64,000 nucleotides of DNA from Cetorhinus maximus (lineage: Eukaryota), in the NCBI RefSeq assembly GCF_964194155.1, contig NC_135898.1, positions 21,576,001-21,640,000 on the forward strand, read 5' to 3'. This document shows positions 11,369 to 23,844 of this stretch, piece by piece; positions within the stretch are counted from its first letter, which is position 1; the number at the start of each line of letters is the position of its first letter. The position numbers and the translations under genes are program-made. The notes beneath the pieces were generated by a model. It made no database searches. It was not told the origin of the DNA and saw nothing but the letters and a program-made list of their open reading frames with translations.

Positions 11369-14300
11369 CTAATGAACAAAAGACACCTATCAAAAGCATG
11401 GGTGCGCAGCGGGTAATCAAATCTGCCACATTCAGGAGATGCAGGCTGGGAGAATGGCATGCTTACAAGTCAAATTGCACAATCGCCAAGGCAGTCTGTA
11501 ATACGGACTGCTCCTCTACAGATCTTAGCCAAGTTGCCTCCCACAAACTCTTCAAAAGACATACAAAGTCATTACGGCTCATTGCTTAAACATTCTGATT
11601 GCTATAAAGGCAAAATCTTGTAATTTTATAGCGCCTTTCACACCCTCAGGACGTGCCAAAGCGCCTTTCAGCCAATGAAGTACTTTTGAAGTTGTAACAC
11701 AGCAGCCAGCTCCCAGTAAGCTATCACAAAGCGATCATGACCAGATCATCTATTTTTTTTTAAGAAGTGTTGTATTGAGGGTTAAAGATTGGCCAGGAAA
11801 AGATCAATCTGCACTCCTTTGATTCTGGCCCCTTACACACCCCCCTGATTTTAATCGCTCCACCATTGGCAGCCTGAGTCCCTAAAGTCTGGAATTCCCT
11901 CCCTAAACATCCCAGCCTCTCTACCTCTCCACTTTTAAAGACAGTCCTTGAAACCTACCTCTTTGACCAACCTTTCGGTCACCTGTTCCACTATCTTGTG
12001 TGGACCGGTGTCACATTTTGTTTGATAACTCTGCTGTGAAGCATCTGGGGTATTTTACTATGGCGCTATATAAACAGAGGTTGTTCTGAGATGAGCGACC
12101 TGCAGTGCTCCATTCTGGGAGGAGTGCATCGCCACCAAGTGGCCACAAAGAGAAATTCGTCATCTAAGGGGGAAAATTAAAACACATTTCGAAGATTTCT
12201 TCCAGATACTAGAGTTTAAGTGACACCTGTAACTCTGGTCACTAGCTGCAGCGAAATTGTAAACTAGTTCTTTCAGGGATGGGGAAGGCAGGAGGTACTA
12301 GGTGACTTTAGGGAAAGAACAAAACAAAGGAGTGACGGATAGGAAACAGAACACGTGCTGAAAGTGTCACCACGTTACCTTGTGTAAGGGTGTCGCACCA
12401 TCATCGTCTGTGATTGCGGGAATGGCTCCATAGGACAGCAACAACTTGAGGATGGACAGATGGCCGCAGTAGGCCGCTCTATGGAGCGGGGTTGCCCCTC
12501 CTTTAGTCTGAGCATTGCTGTTTGCACCCTTCCTCAGTAAATACTCACAGATCTCATAATCGCCACGACGACTGGCATAGTGCTGGGTAAAATAAATGCA
12601 GACGATAAGCTGGCAAGAGTCAAACATTCTTAATTGTCTAATCAGCAGACTTGCGCTGGGCTGCAGCCTCTCTGCCAGCCCTTCACTGAATCTTCTAGCA
12701 CAGGAGGTCATTCGGCCCATTGTGCTTGCTCTTTGACAGAGCTATCCCAATTAGTCTCACTCTCCTCCGCTTTCCCCAAAGCCCTGAATTTTTCTTCCCT
12801 TTTTCAAGTGTTTATTCACTTTCCTTTTGAAAGTTACTGTTTTCAGGCAGTGCATTCCAGATCACAACACCTCACTGATTAAAAGGAATCCACTGGTTCT
12901 TTTACCCAGCTCGAGTCCTTCATCCCTGGTCCCATTCTAGTAAATCTCCTTTCTACCTTCTCCAAGGCCTCGACATCTATCCTGAAACATTATGTACAGA
13001 ATTGAGCGTAATACTCCAGCTGGGGCTTAAACCATAAAGCTTCCTTGATTTCACGCTCTATGCCTCTAAACATAAACTACATTATCCCTTGTGCTCGTTT
13101 TTCATTAAAAGAGAACAGCCTTTTCAACTTGTTCTGCCACCTAAGAACAGGCATTGGGCTCTAAGACACTGCTCTTGCATGCCTCCTTGTGGTTGATTCA
13201 AAAAGCAGCAAGGATAAGAGGCCTAGGTTGCCAAGTGCCTTCATTACACAGGAAACAAACTGGTCCAAAACATCAATTCCAGCATCATTGCATAACAAAT
13301 GGTGATGTTTCAAAGCGGCTTGGTTCACTAGGCTGATACCAGGGATGGCAGGACTGTCGTATGAGGAGAGATTGGTTCAACTGGGCCTGTATTCACTAGA
13401 GTTTAGAAGAATGAGAGGGGAGTTGATTGAAACGTATAAAATTCTAACAGGGCTGGACAGACTAGTTGCAGGGAGGATCTTTCCCCTGCTTGGGGAGTCT
13501 AGAACCAGGGGCCACAGTCTCAGGATACAGTGCAGGCCATTTAGGACTGAGATAAGGAAAGGTTTCTTCACTCAGAGAGTGGTCAACCTGTGGAATTCTC
13601 TACCACAGAGGCCAGGTCACTGAGTATATTCAAGAAAGAAATTGATAATTTTTTGGGTATTAGGGTTATCAAGGGGTATGGAGAGGAAGCGGTAATATGG
13701 CGTTGAGGTAGAGGATCAGCCATGATCATATTGAATGGCGGAGCCAGCTCGAAGGGCCGAACGGCCTACTCCTGCTCCTAGTTTCTATGTTCCAATGAGA
13801 GTCCATCTCCAAATTCCAGGGAATAAGCCATAAATCTCAGTCCAACCTAGGAGTCAATGTCATTGATCTGAACGGTCCATTCCCTAGCTTAAAGATGACC
13901 ACACACCACTGGGTCTCCCAAGCCCCTGAACCATTTTCTCTACCCAGTGTCTATCTGAGGCTGCCTCTTGAGTTTACTGACATGGTGCTTCAGGCAGTAA
14001 GTAGCTAAATTTGCATTGCTTGATCTGAGCCTGTGACTCACTGACTGTCTTACGTCAACTGTGGAGATAGTTACAGCGTCACTCACCAATGCAGTGTAGC
14101 CAGACAGATCGGGCAAATTAGGGTCCGTTCCCTTCTCCAGAAATCTCTGCACCCTGTTGAAGTCACCATTACTGGCTGCTGACCAGATGCCTACACGAGG
14201 AAAGAAGAGAAACCGAGTCGGAGAGCGTGCCAATTATTTGACCAACACATCTTCCATTTTGAATGCACTTCAAATCCTTCTCCCATTACTGTTTCAAAGT

Positions 14301-16411
14301 TACAATTGAATCTGCTTCCACCACCCTCCCAGGCAGTGCCAGATCATAACAACTCACTACATTAGAGACCTTCTCTTCGTGCCATTTATTTTGCCAGTTA
14401 TCTAAAGTCTGTATCATCTGAAAACTGACCCTGCTGCTGGTGAAAACAATTTCTCTCTATTCATTCAATAAAAAGCCTTCATGATCTTCAACGGCTCTGC
14501 CAAATCTCCCCTTAACCTCTCTGCTCTAAGGAGAGAGCTGAAGTCCATCATCCCTGGTGCCATTCCAATAAATCTCCTCCCCAAAGGGTCAAGCTGCTGG
14601 AAGATGCAGCAAAGCAGCGGTGAGGTGTCCGACCCTCCCTCCAGTTCTCCTTCCTGTGAGGAAAAGGGAAATGGCCAAAGTCCCTGACCTCCCTTCTCGT
14701 GTGTCAAATATGGCCCACTCTCTCCATCAAGCTGTTGCACAGTCCCACCCAAGCCTAGGGGGACAGAGAATGGAGCAGAAACGGGAAACTACTGCTTAAT
14801 AATCCTGCTGCTTGTCCTGTCTTCCTCCGACATCAACACACATGTACTTCCAGTAAAGATCCATGGGTACAGCAAGGAGTCTGTTGGCTTTCCTCTTCCC
14901 CAGCCCAGAGTTACCGAATCCAATTGCTGCATCCATAATGCACACTGGCTGTGGTGAGTTAATCCAGCCAATGCCACAGAGCAGTCCTGGGATCTTCCTT
15001 GTCTGTCCACCTCAGTCACTCATTAAATAAATTTACTGAGCTATTTTACCCTGTGAGCTGCTATTGTCAATGGGGACACCTATCGAAATACTTTTTCTAA
15101 AACCGAAACATATTTAAAAGTAAGTACGTGTCTGGCATCAATTGAGGACACAGAAAATAGGAGCAGGAGCAGTTCATACGTCCCCTCGAACCTCCTCCAT
15201 CATTCAGTATGATCATAGTTGATCCTCAGCCTCAACTCCATTTTCCCGCCCAGTCCCCATATCTCTTGATTCCCCGAGAGGCCAAAAATCTGTCAATCTC
15301 AGACTTAAATATATTCAACGATGGAATATCCTCTGGGGTAGAGAATTCCAAAAATTCACAACGTTCTGAGCGAAGTAATTTCTCCTCGTTTCAGTCCTAA
15401 ATGATCGGCCCCTTATCCCGAGATGCGCCTGAGTTTTAGACTCCATGGCCAGCTAAAACAATTTCAGCATCAACCCTGATCGCCTCTCATTTTTCTAAAT
15501 TCTAGAGAATATAAGCCCAATTTTCTCAGCCTCTCATCATAGGATAACCCTTCCATCCCAGCGGCCAATTTAGTGAACCTTCGCTGTACTGCTTCCAACG
15601 CAAGTATATCCTTTCTTAAATGTGGCACCCAAAACTACAGACAATACTTCAGATGTGGTCTCACCAAAGCCCTGTAACAACTGTAGCAAGACTTCTTTAT
15701 TCTTGTACTCCAATCCCCTTGCAATAAAGACCAACACGCCATTTGCCTTCCTAATTGCTTGCTGTACCTACATGCCAATTTGGCATTCCTTATATGAGCA
15801 CACCCAAGTGTCTTTGAACATCATCATTTACAAGTTTCACACCTTTTTTAAAAAAAGCTGTCAGCTCTAGCTCACTGGTAGCACTCTCACTTATGAGCCA
15901 GAAGGTTGCAGGTTCAAGGCCCTCCCCGGAGACTTGAACACACAACCTATCCTTACACCTGAGGGACAAAACTTCTCCTGTCAATGTCCTCTTCAGCTCT
16001 CTCAGGTGGACGGAACAGATCCCAGGGCACTATCTGGAAAAAGAGCAAGGGAGTCCTCCTGATGTCCCAGTCAATATTTATCTCTAAAATAACAGCTTCA
16101 AAAGTACATCATTGTCCACCGGACACTTTTGGGATAACCTAAGGTTGCGAAAGGTGCTCTACATAAATGCAGATTTATTCTTCTGACCAACTTGCCTCAA
16201 TAACAACAGGTAACGCTCCTAGGGAAGAAACTGCCTCGAATGAATGCAGTGTATGAATGCATTAACTTGCTGGTTCAAGGCTCACCACAATTAAATGCCC
16301 CTCTGTACCTCTATCAAAGTCCATCTCTTCCAGTGTCTGGCGTACACTGCTCGGCACCGAGGAGTCATGGGAACAGCACCTACAGTCCAAACTATGGCTA
16401 TCAGAAGCCAT
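11213..16411 (-). CDS. ANKRD39: Ankyrin repeat domain-containing protein 39, complete, 188 aa: join(16411..16309, 14190..14087, 12582..12379, 11368..11213)
   Basis: Four GT-AG exons (103+104+204+156 = 567 nt) give an open frame matching recalled human ANKRD39 (CCSH...[18 protein letters not shown]...GYTALHYASR.G...GGAT.LHRA.YCGH...LHKAAER). Confidence 0.95.
12379..12582 (-). CDS. ANKRD39: ANKRD39 coding exon 3 (204 nt, ankyrin repeats)
   Basis: [16 protein letters not shown]...GATPLHK; cag|CAC and AAG|gtaacg. Confidence 0.95.
13337..13792 (+). mobile_element. CR1-type LINE 3' end
   Basis: ORF 13345..13623 [29 protein letters not shown]; typical 3'UTR ending cctactcctgctccta. Confidence 0.9.
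14087..14190 (-). CDS. ANKRD39: ANKRD39 coding exon 2 (104 nt)
   Basis: [35 protein letters not shown]; gtag|GC and TTG|gtgagt. Confidence 0.95.
15150..15845 (-). mobile_element. CR1-type LINE 3' fragment
   Basis: Reverse-complement similarity to the CR1 3' ends at 13337 and 50082. Confidence 0.75.
15860..16185 (+). mobile_element. tRNA-headed SINE (second family)
   Basis: B-box-like ggttcaaggcc; tail ataaatgcag; related copies at ~18440-18690 (minus) and ~22420-22800. Confidence 0.6.
16309..16411 (-). CDS. ANKRD39: ANKRD39 coding exon 1 ([34 protein letters not shown])
   Basis: ATG at 16411; donor AGAG|gtacag; upstream acceptor ttctctcttgcag at 16468 implies a 5' non-coding exon. Confidence 0.92.
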
Positions 16412-17849
16412 GATTCTTGGTCTTATTGTTGTTGATAGTGGCTATCCCATAGACTGGTCAAACCTAGCTGCAAGAGAGAATAGAGACACAATCAACCAGA
16501 ACTCAGAAATTTAATGAACTAAAAATTTCTCGAGGCCCAAGTTCTGCGATATTAAGTTACAAAGGCCATCATGCATTTGGATAAAATTCCATTGTCAGCT
16601 CCTGTAGCAAAGTCTTTAACTGGGAAACAGGGGTCACATGAGCACAGCATAATATATTTGGCCCATTAAAAGATTCCAGGGTTGATTGTCAGTCTCACCT
16701 GATTTAGTAGGCTGTAATGACAATGCTGCAATTGGCTGCAGGCTCCCAGGGTAGCATGAGGCTGCTGCTTGGCAGCTAGACATCACAACCAGGCTCCAGC
16801 TTCCCCTCTATTCCCCTCCCCCCACTTCTTCACCCAGAAGGTGGTGAGAATGTGGAACCAGCAACCACTTGAAACATCCACCTGCTTCAGTGAATATAAC
16901 ATATCTCACTGGCACTATTTTGAAGAGCAGGGGTGTTCTCCCCGGTGTCCCAACCAATATTTATCCCTCAACCAACAGCACAAAAACAGACATCTGGTCA
17001 TTATCATATTGCTGTTTCTGGGAGCTTGCTGTGTGCAAATTGGCTGCTGTATCCTACATTACAACAGTGACTACACTTCCAAAGTACTTCATTGGGGTAA
17101 AGCGCTTTGAGACATTTGGTGATTGTGAAAAGCTCTAGATAAATGAATGAGCTTTTGTTTAAAATCCCTTTTACCATTTGATCACTCCTCATGTTCTTTC
17201 CCCAGTTCTGCATTTGCTTATAAGCTGTTGCATCTCCTGACCTCTTCCAGTTCTAACATTCAGCCATCGACCTGAAATGTGGACTCGGTCCCTCTCTCCA
17301 CATTTCCGGCATTTATCTACTTTTTTTCAGGAAGGTCAAAAGACCACACTGTACCCGATCCCAAATGCCCTGGAAATTCAGAGCAATTACAATTTTATAG
17401 AGTGGAATTTATATTCAATTAACAAAAATCTGGAATATAAAGTTAGTTTTGTGATCACCATTACTTGAAACTATCATCGCTCGTTGGTTCACTAATACCC
17501 TTTAGGGAAGGAAATCTGCCATCCTTACCCGGTCTGGGCTACATGTGACTCCAGATCTACAGCAATGTAGTTGCCTCTTAACTGCCCTCTTGAAATGGCC
17601 AGGCAAGCTGCTCAATTCCAGGGCTATTAGGGATGGTCAACAAATGCTGGCCCTGCCAGTGATACTCCCAGCCAATAAAAGAAGAAAGCTCAAATGTTCT
17701 CTCTTTTATCACAAGCTTGGGTGATGCAGCAATCCACTGGAGTGTCAGGTCCGGAAAAAACCGACAAAAGTTCCAATCAGTTGTTGAAACCTTGAGTGTG
17801 TTGTGCACAGTGAAGGGGAAGAATCCGGCCTAGGGTGCAGCAAACTGCA

Positions 17850-18150
17850 TGCGGACCACGGGAACAACGCTAAGCAAGCCCTGGGTGAGTCAGCACTTCC
17901 GGCAGCAACTAAGCCTGGAGCAACATTCCGAGCGGTTGTGTTGATGCAAACACCATTCACCCCCCCCAATTTACCTCTTCTCAAAGCGAAGGCTGCAACT
18001 GACAAGGGCAAAGAGATACAAACCAGTCTGGCAGCCAATCAGAGAGCCGAGGGGGTGGGACCTGAATCGATCCAAATTACAGCGTTCGGGAACCAATCGG
18101 GACGCGAGATTCATGATCAACCAGTTGCTTGTTGACTCCGCCTTCAAAAC
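17850..18150 (-). promoter_or_regulatory. Probable ANKRD39 promoter with a short non-coding exon 1 (donor at 17975/17974)
   Basis: CpG-enriched; CCAAT boxes at ~18035 and ~18093; ETS motif CCGGAAGTG at ~17894-17902; minus-strand donor AAGAG|GTAAAT. Confidence 0.55.
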
Positions 18151-19077
18151 GCAATTTGTCTTTTGTTTTGTCCAAGTATACAGTCACTAAAGTTCAATGC
18201 AAATTCAGCAGTAATTACTTTGGCGCATTGACGTGAACATAGCCATTGTGTCAGGGCTTAATTCTGCTGCAAACTGCATTCAATTCGTTTGCAATAAAGT
18301 GACAGCGCATCGATCGCCAGTGCGATCAGAACCCTCACCATCTTTCAGCAGATCAACTCTTCAGTGCAGCAACTCACGAAGCGACATCCGTCGCCAAGAG
18401 GACCATAAGCAGCAAGATCATGAAACAAAGGAAAACTTGAGTTTACTCCATGGTCATTGGACGTCCCACAGCGCTCTCCATAGGTGCCATGGGATCTCTT
18501 GAGTGGGAAAGTGGGACCTCAGCTTAACATTTCACACCAAAAGGCAGCACCACTGACGGTGCAGCATCTTCTCAGTGCTGCACCAGAGCGTCAGCCTCAA
18601 TTTCTGTGCTCAAGTCTCTGGAGTGGGACTTGAACCCATAACCTTGCGACTCTGAGGTTAGAGTGCTTCTCATTGAGCCGCAGCTGGCACACACAGGAAT
18701 AACAGCTCTTCCAAATTAAACAACGCCTTGGGCATACCGAACATTGTTTCTTCATCCACACGATCAAACTCTTGGGATTCCCTACTCAATACCACCGTGA
18801 CAGCACCAGTTCAAGCACTTACAGCGATCGGGGAAGGCCCACTGCTTCACCTCAGCGCAAGTGTCATTCCACCCAGCATTTACGGAACAAAACTCAAAAC
18901 AGCAACTGCATTTATATAGTGCCTTTAATTTAGTTAAACATCCTAAGGTGCTTCACAGGAGCATCACCAAAGTTTGACACCGAGCTTCATACAGAGATAT
19001 TAAGACGGGTTACCAAAAGCTTGGTCAAAGAGGTAGGTTTTAAGGAGCGTCTTAAATGAGAACAGGACTCAGTGTGA

Positions 19078-19260
19078 AATAAAAACAGAAAATGCTGGAA
19101 ATACTTGGCAGGTATGGCAGCACTGGCAAAGACAGAAACAGAGTTAACGTTTTAGGTCAATGACCAACTCTGTTTCACTCTCCATGGATGCTGCCAGTTT
19201 TTCCAGCATTTTCCTTTTTTTTTCAGACTTCCAGGATCCGCAGTGTTTTGCTTTCGTATT
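19078..19260. mobile_element. Palindromic Penelope-type repeat (gaaaatgctgg...aactctgtttc...ccagcattttc)
   Basis: Inverted arms; same family at ~17240-17330, ~40550-40630 and ~42600-42815. Confidence 0.55.
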
Positions 19261-21089
19261 AGGACTGGGTGTGAGCTAGGATACAAGCGGCAGAGCATTG
19301 AATGAGCTCAGATTTATGAAGGGTGGAGGATAAGAGTATTGGAATAGGCAAGTCCAGAGGTTACAAAGGCATGGATGAGGAGTTCCACAGCAGATAAGCT
19401 GAGGCAGGGACAGAGTTGGGGGATGTTACGGAGGTAGGTGATCTTGGTGACGGAGCAGCTATGTAGTCGGAAGCTCATCTTGAAGTCAAATGCCACACCA
19501 AGATTGCGAATGGTCTGGTTCAGCTTCAGACAGTTGCCAGGGAGAGGGATGCAGTCCACTAAGTTTTGCAGCCACAATAGCCTCCTATGTAAACCATCAC
19601 AATTTTGTCTTTTATGGCAGTTAAACTACACACACCAACATCTCAATTGGGCAAGTTAGGAGGACAGTACTCAACAATACCACTGGGCTAAAATGATTCT
19701 GTGTGATTTGAGATGAAATGGGAGGTGGATGAACTTGGATGGACGCAGTGCAACAACATTTGAAGCTCAACAGCATGCAGCATAGAACTAGTCACTTGAT
19801 TAGTGCCCCTGCCACTGGACTGAATATCCACCAATGCCCTGGTACACCGTGGCTGCATGATGGACTGCAGAAAATCATCAAGGTCACTTTACTGGCCCCT
19901 CTCTGCCCCCCCACGATTCTTGTACGTGGTGGTAGAGGTTGTCAAAATGTTGAAAGCGGGTGACTCGCCCATGGTGGTGATGTCAAAGTACGAGCAGAGG
20001 TGGTTGTCCTTTCTCCTGTTTGGGATCATTAACTGGCACCTGTCAATTCTCTCACATGTAGGATGCAGAACGGACACAACCGTTTATCAAGGACGCAATG
20101 CAGGAAGACAAAAGTGAAAACCGATGATATAGGGCAGGGTTTATTCCAGAGGGCTTTCCGCAAAAATCCAAACATCATTTCCGCAATCGAGGAGGGGGAA
20201 AATTGCAGGATTGAATCGGCCTGGCTAATGCCTATTGTGTATCCATGTATGTTTTCTGGACAAACAGCATAACACAGTCCATTGAAAGTAGTTAGAAAAT
20301 GGGAAAACTGAGGTCGTGCAATCCTGATAGATGTAGACGAATAATTGCTGTTGACTCTGCTGTTAATCCTTGCTTGCTCTCCCCACGGTCTGAGAAATGG
20401 GGCAAAGGAATTCAGTACTCAGCAATAAGAATGCTTCAACTCTATATAGTTGAACGATTCTTCTTTTACAACAAGTTCAAACTCAGTTTTAGAAGTGCGG
20501 ATAGCTCTTTGATTCACCTAATTGTGTTAGTCACTCTTGATGAGTTTGGCTGCCAACCTCTAACTCACATATTGCCTTTGTGCTAAGCTGTGCTGCGTTG
20601 AGCAGTAGATTAGGAAGGTTATTAACCTGCATTGGCATCCCGCTAACCCCAATGGCTCACTGGGTAAAGGCAAGTCACTGGTGTGGACCACCACTGTAGG
20701 CCAGCAAGTTGGCAGGTTCAACCTTCAGTCTGTGCCAGCAGTGTAGACATTGGGCAGGAAGGAATCCGTCTGATTGTTGTACAGCGATTGCTATTGCTAC
20801 ACAGTGCATAAAGTGGGCAACATTTTTGGATGAGATTTTTCTTCAGAATGAACATCTGACTTGGATCACAGAGGGTTGGGTGAAGTACCAGTACCTCAAC
20901 ATAAATGAATGCTTTCAAGGAGGGCAGAATGTATGGGGTGGAAAATATAAAGTTGCTGTGCAGTCCTATTGGCCAGGAAATGTCATCGTTATCGCAACAG
21001 TTACGTGTAAAAGTGTCAGCCTTGGAGCAGTGAGAACACACTCAGCTCAAAGGCAGGATTCCAGCCCCAAAACAAAGCACATAATCTAG

Positions 21090-22040
21090 ACTGAATCTTC
21101 AGCTGCTTCATTAATGACCTTTCCTCCATCATAAGGTCAGGAGTGGGGAGGTTCACTGATAATTGCACAATGTTCAGCACCATTCGCGACTCCTCAGATA
21201 CTGAAGCCATCCCTGTCCATATGCAGCAAGACCTGGACAACATTCAGGCTTGGGCTGATAAGTAGCAAGTAAGATTCGTGCCACACAAGTGCCAGGCAAT
21301 GATAATCTCCAACAATTGACAATCTAACCATCTCCCCATGGCATTCAACGGCATTACCATCACTGAATCCCCCACTATCAACATCCTGGGGGCTTACCAT
21401 TGACCAGAATCATAACTCGACCAGCCATATAAATACTGCGGCTACAAGAGCAGGTCAGAGGCTGGGAATTCTGCAGTGAGTAACTCACCTCCTGACTCCT
21501 CAAAGCCTGTCCACCATTGACAAGGCACAAGTCAGGAATGTGATGGAATACTTCCCACTTGCCTGGATGAGTGCAGCTCCAATAACACTCAAGAAGCTCG
21601 ACACCATCCAGAACAAAGCAGCCCCCTTGATCGACACCCCATCCACAAACATTCACTCCCAACACCACCAATGCACAGTGGCAGCAGTATGTACCATCTA
21701 CAAGATGCACTGCAGGAATTCACCAAGGCTCCTTTGACAGCACCTTCCAAACCTGTGACCTCTATCACCTAGAAGTCAAGGGCAGCAGATCAAAGTGTTG
21801 AGCCTCACCTTCTAGTTTGCTTCCAAGACACACACTACCCTGACTTGGAAATATATCGCTGTTCCTTCACTGTTGTGGGTCAAAATCCTGAAACTCCCTT
21901 CCTAACAGCACTGTGGGTGTACCTACACCATATGGACTGCAGCAGTTCGAGGCAGCGGGTCACCACCACCTTCACAGGGCAATTAGTGATGGGCAATATA
22001 TGTTGGTCCAGCCAGCGACACCTGCATCCCATGAACATAT
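21090..22040 (+). mobile_element. LINE (CR1-like) RT 3' fragment
   Basis: FSCFINDL...FTDNCT (degenerate FADD RT motif); same family at 31465-32175 and 37268-38175. Confidence 0.8.
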
Positions 22041-23635
22041 AAACAGTGCAGTACTGAAGACACGCCACACTTCGGGAGCTGCTGTCCTTCAGAACAGTCA
22101 TTGATCCTGCCTTCTCAAGTGGACTCAAAAGATCCCAGGGCACTATTCTGAAAGGGAACAGGGGAGCATTAAAATCAGATGACCCGATCATGATCTCATT
22201 GCTGTTTATGGACAGTGCCATTACAAATTACCTGCCACGTGGCCTTACAATACAACAGGGACTAACTACAATAATTATTAGTTGTCTAAAAAGGGCTTTA
22301 GGATATCCCGCGATTGCAAAAAGCTGTATAAAAATGCAAGTTACACATTTATAGGTGCTGAGTAGAATCAGCAGAGAAGAAAATAAGTATTTTAAAAAAG
22401 TAAGAACATCTACCTCTCTTTTCAGCTCTGTGTTAGAGGTTGCAGGTTCAAGGCCCACTGCGCTACTTCAGGAAATGATCTAGGTTGACACTCCAAATGC
22501 AATATTGAAGGAGTGCTGCATAATCAGAGTTGCTGCTTTTAGCTGTTGCACTGAGACCAAGGATGCCTCTTTAAGTGGGTGTAATAGATTCCACAGCACT
22601 ATTCAAAGAGCAGCAGGGAGTTATCCCAATGCTGTGGCCATCATTTAACCCTTAAGCAATACTGCCAACAAACACATGGTCATTTATCTCATTTGCCATG
22701 AGTGGAACTTTGCTGCCTTGTTCTCCTGCAGAACAGTGACTGCACTGGAAAAATAAGGAGTTGTAAAGCAATGTAAGGACTTGATGAGATGCTTTATGAC
22801 AGAGGAGTTATTTATAAACTTTTTGCATTAACTGCTATTCGTACTGCAAAGTTGATCTTTCTCACTTTGACTGTTTTTAACAGTTTCTGCATTATGGGAA
22901 GACCCAAAACTGAATCCCATCTCCCTTGCTGGCAATGATTTGTTCCAAGATACAGCTTCAGAGGTGTCAGGTGCTTGCAGGTGCTGGTTGAGTCTGGCAT
23001 GAGTGTCTCCACCCTTAATAGATTCCTCCAGTCCTGTCTGTATCACCACTGGAGACTCTACATGTAGCATTTCTGCAAATGTGACAACACGCTCCTTATT
23101 TTTATGTGGCAAGGTGCAACTTCCTTCAGTTTGTTGTCACGCACATACAAACCGCAACACAAACTTGAGCCATTGCCCAGAGGAGAAAACAGAATTAACC
23201 CAAATGTAGGCTGCACACCCAGTTCAAAATGACTCTTTGCAGACCAGCATTGAGCTACACATTTAGTATTTGCATGATATGTCGACAACCTCCTGGATGT
23301 GATGAGAAAACGGAAATCAAAGCAGAGTTAATGCTCACAAGGAGGAGCTTTTAAATACTGTGATGCATTTTCAAAGTCTAAATTAACGGGATTGCAAATC
23401 GAAGGGTGAAACATGCTAAGTGCCATTAAATGCAACCCATGAGTCAGCTGTCCTTGACAGGTCATTCAGAGGCAATCAGTCTTTAAACTCATACACTTTG
23501 GACTGCAGTTCTTCAACACGATTCGAGCCGGGTTTCAGAGTTTCTTTTGTGTCCTGTTTGACTGCTGTACTGGATTTTCTTTCTTTTACCTACCTCCAAA
23601 AGAGGTACAGGTGGTGGCCATATGATACCCTGATT

Positions 23636-23844
23636 TCAGTGAATATTTATGGTGGCTAGGGATGGACTAAGCTCAAGACTCTGTTCCGGAGACGGCTGCT
23701 GTTCTCTGTATTCAATGTGTCCATTCCGATGGTGACCGTACTCGAGCTTAATCCTCATTTCCCCAATCTTCAATCTGGGCAGAATATCTGGGATCCATTC
23801 AATAATAAATGGAGTGGGTTCTTTCTGCTCAGGGGACATGTTCC
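23636..23844 (-). CDS. C2orf42: C2orf42 last coding exon
   Basis: [23 protein letters not shown]...TINIH*; catccag|GG. Confidence 0.95.

Noticed and set aside
19857-21089. ORFs of 60-126 aa between ANKRD39 and C2orf42
   Set aside because: No recognisable homology and no coherent splice-site chain; partly LINE-derived.
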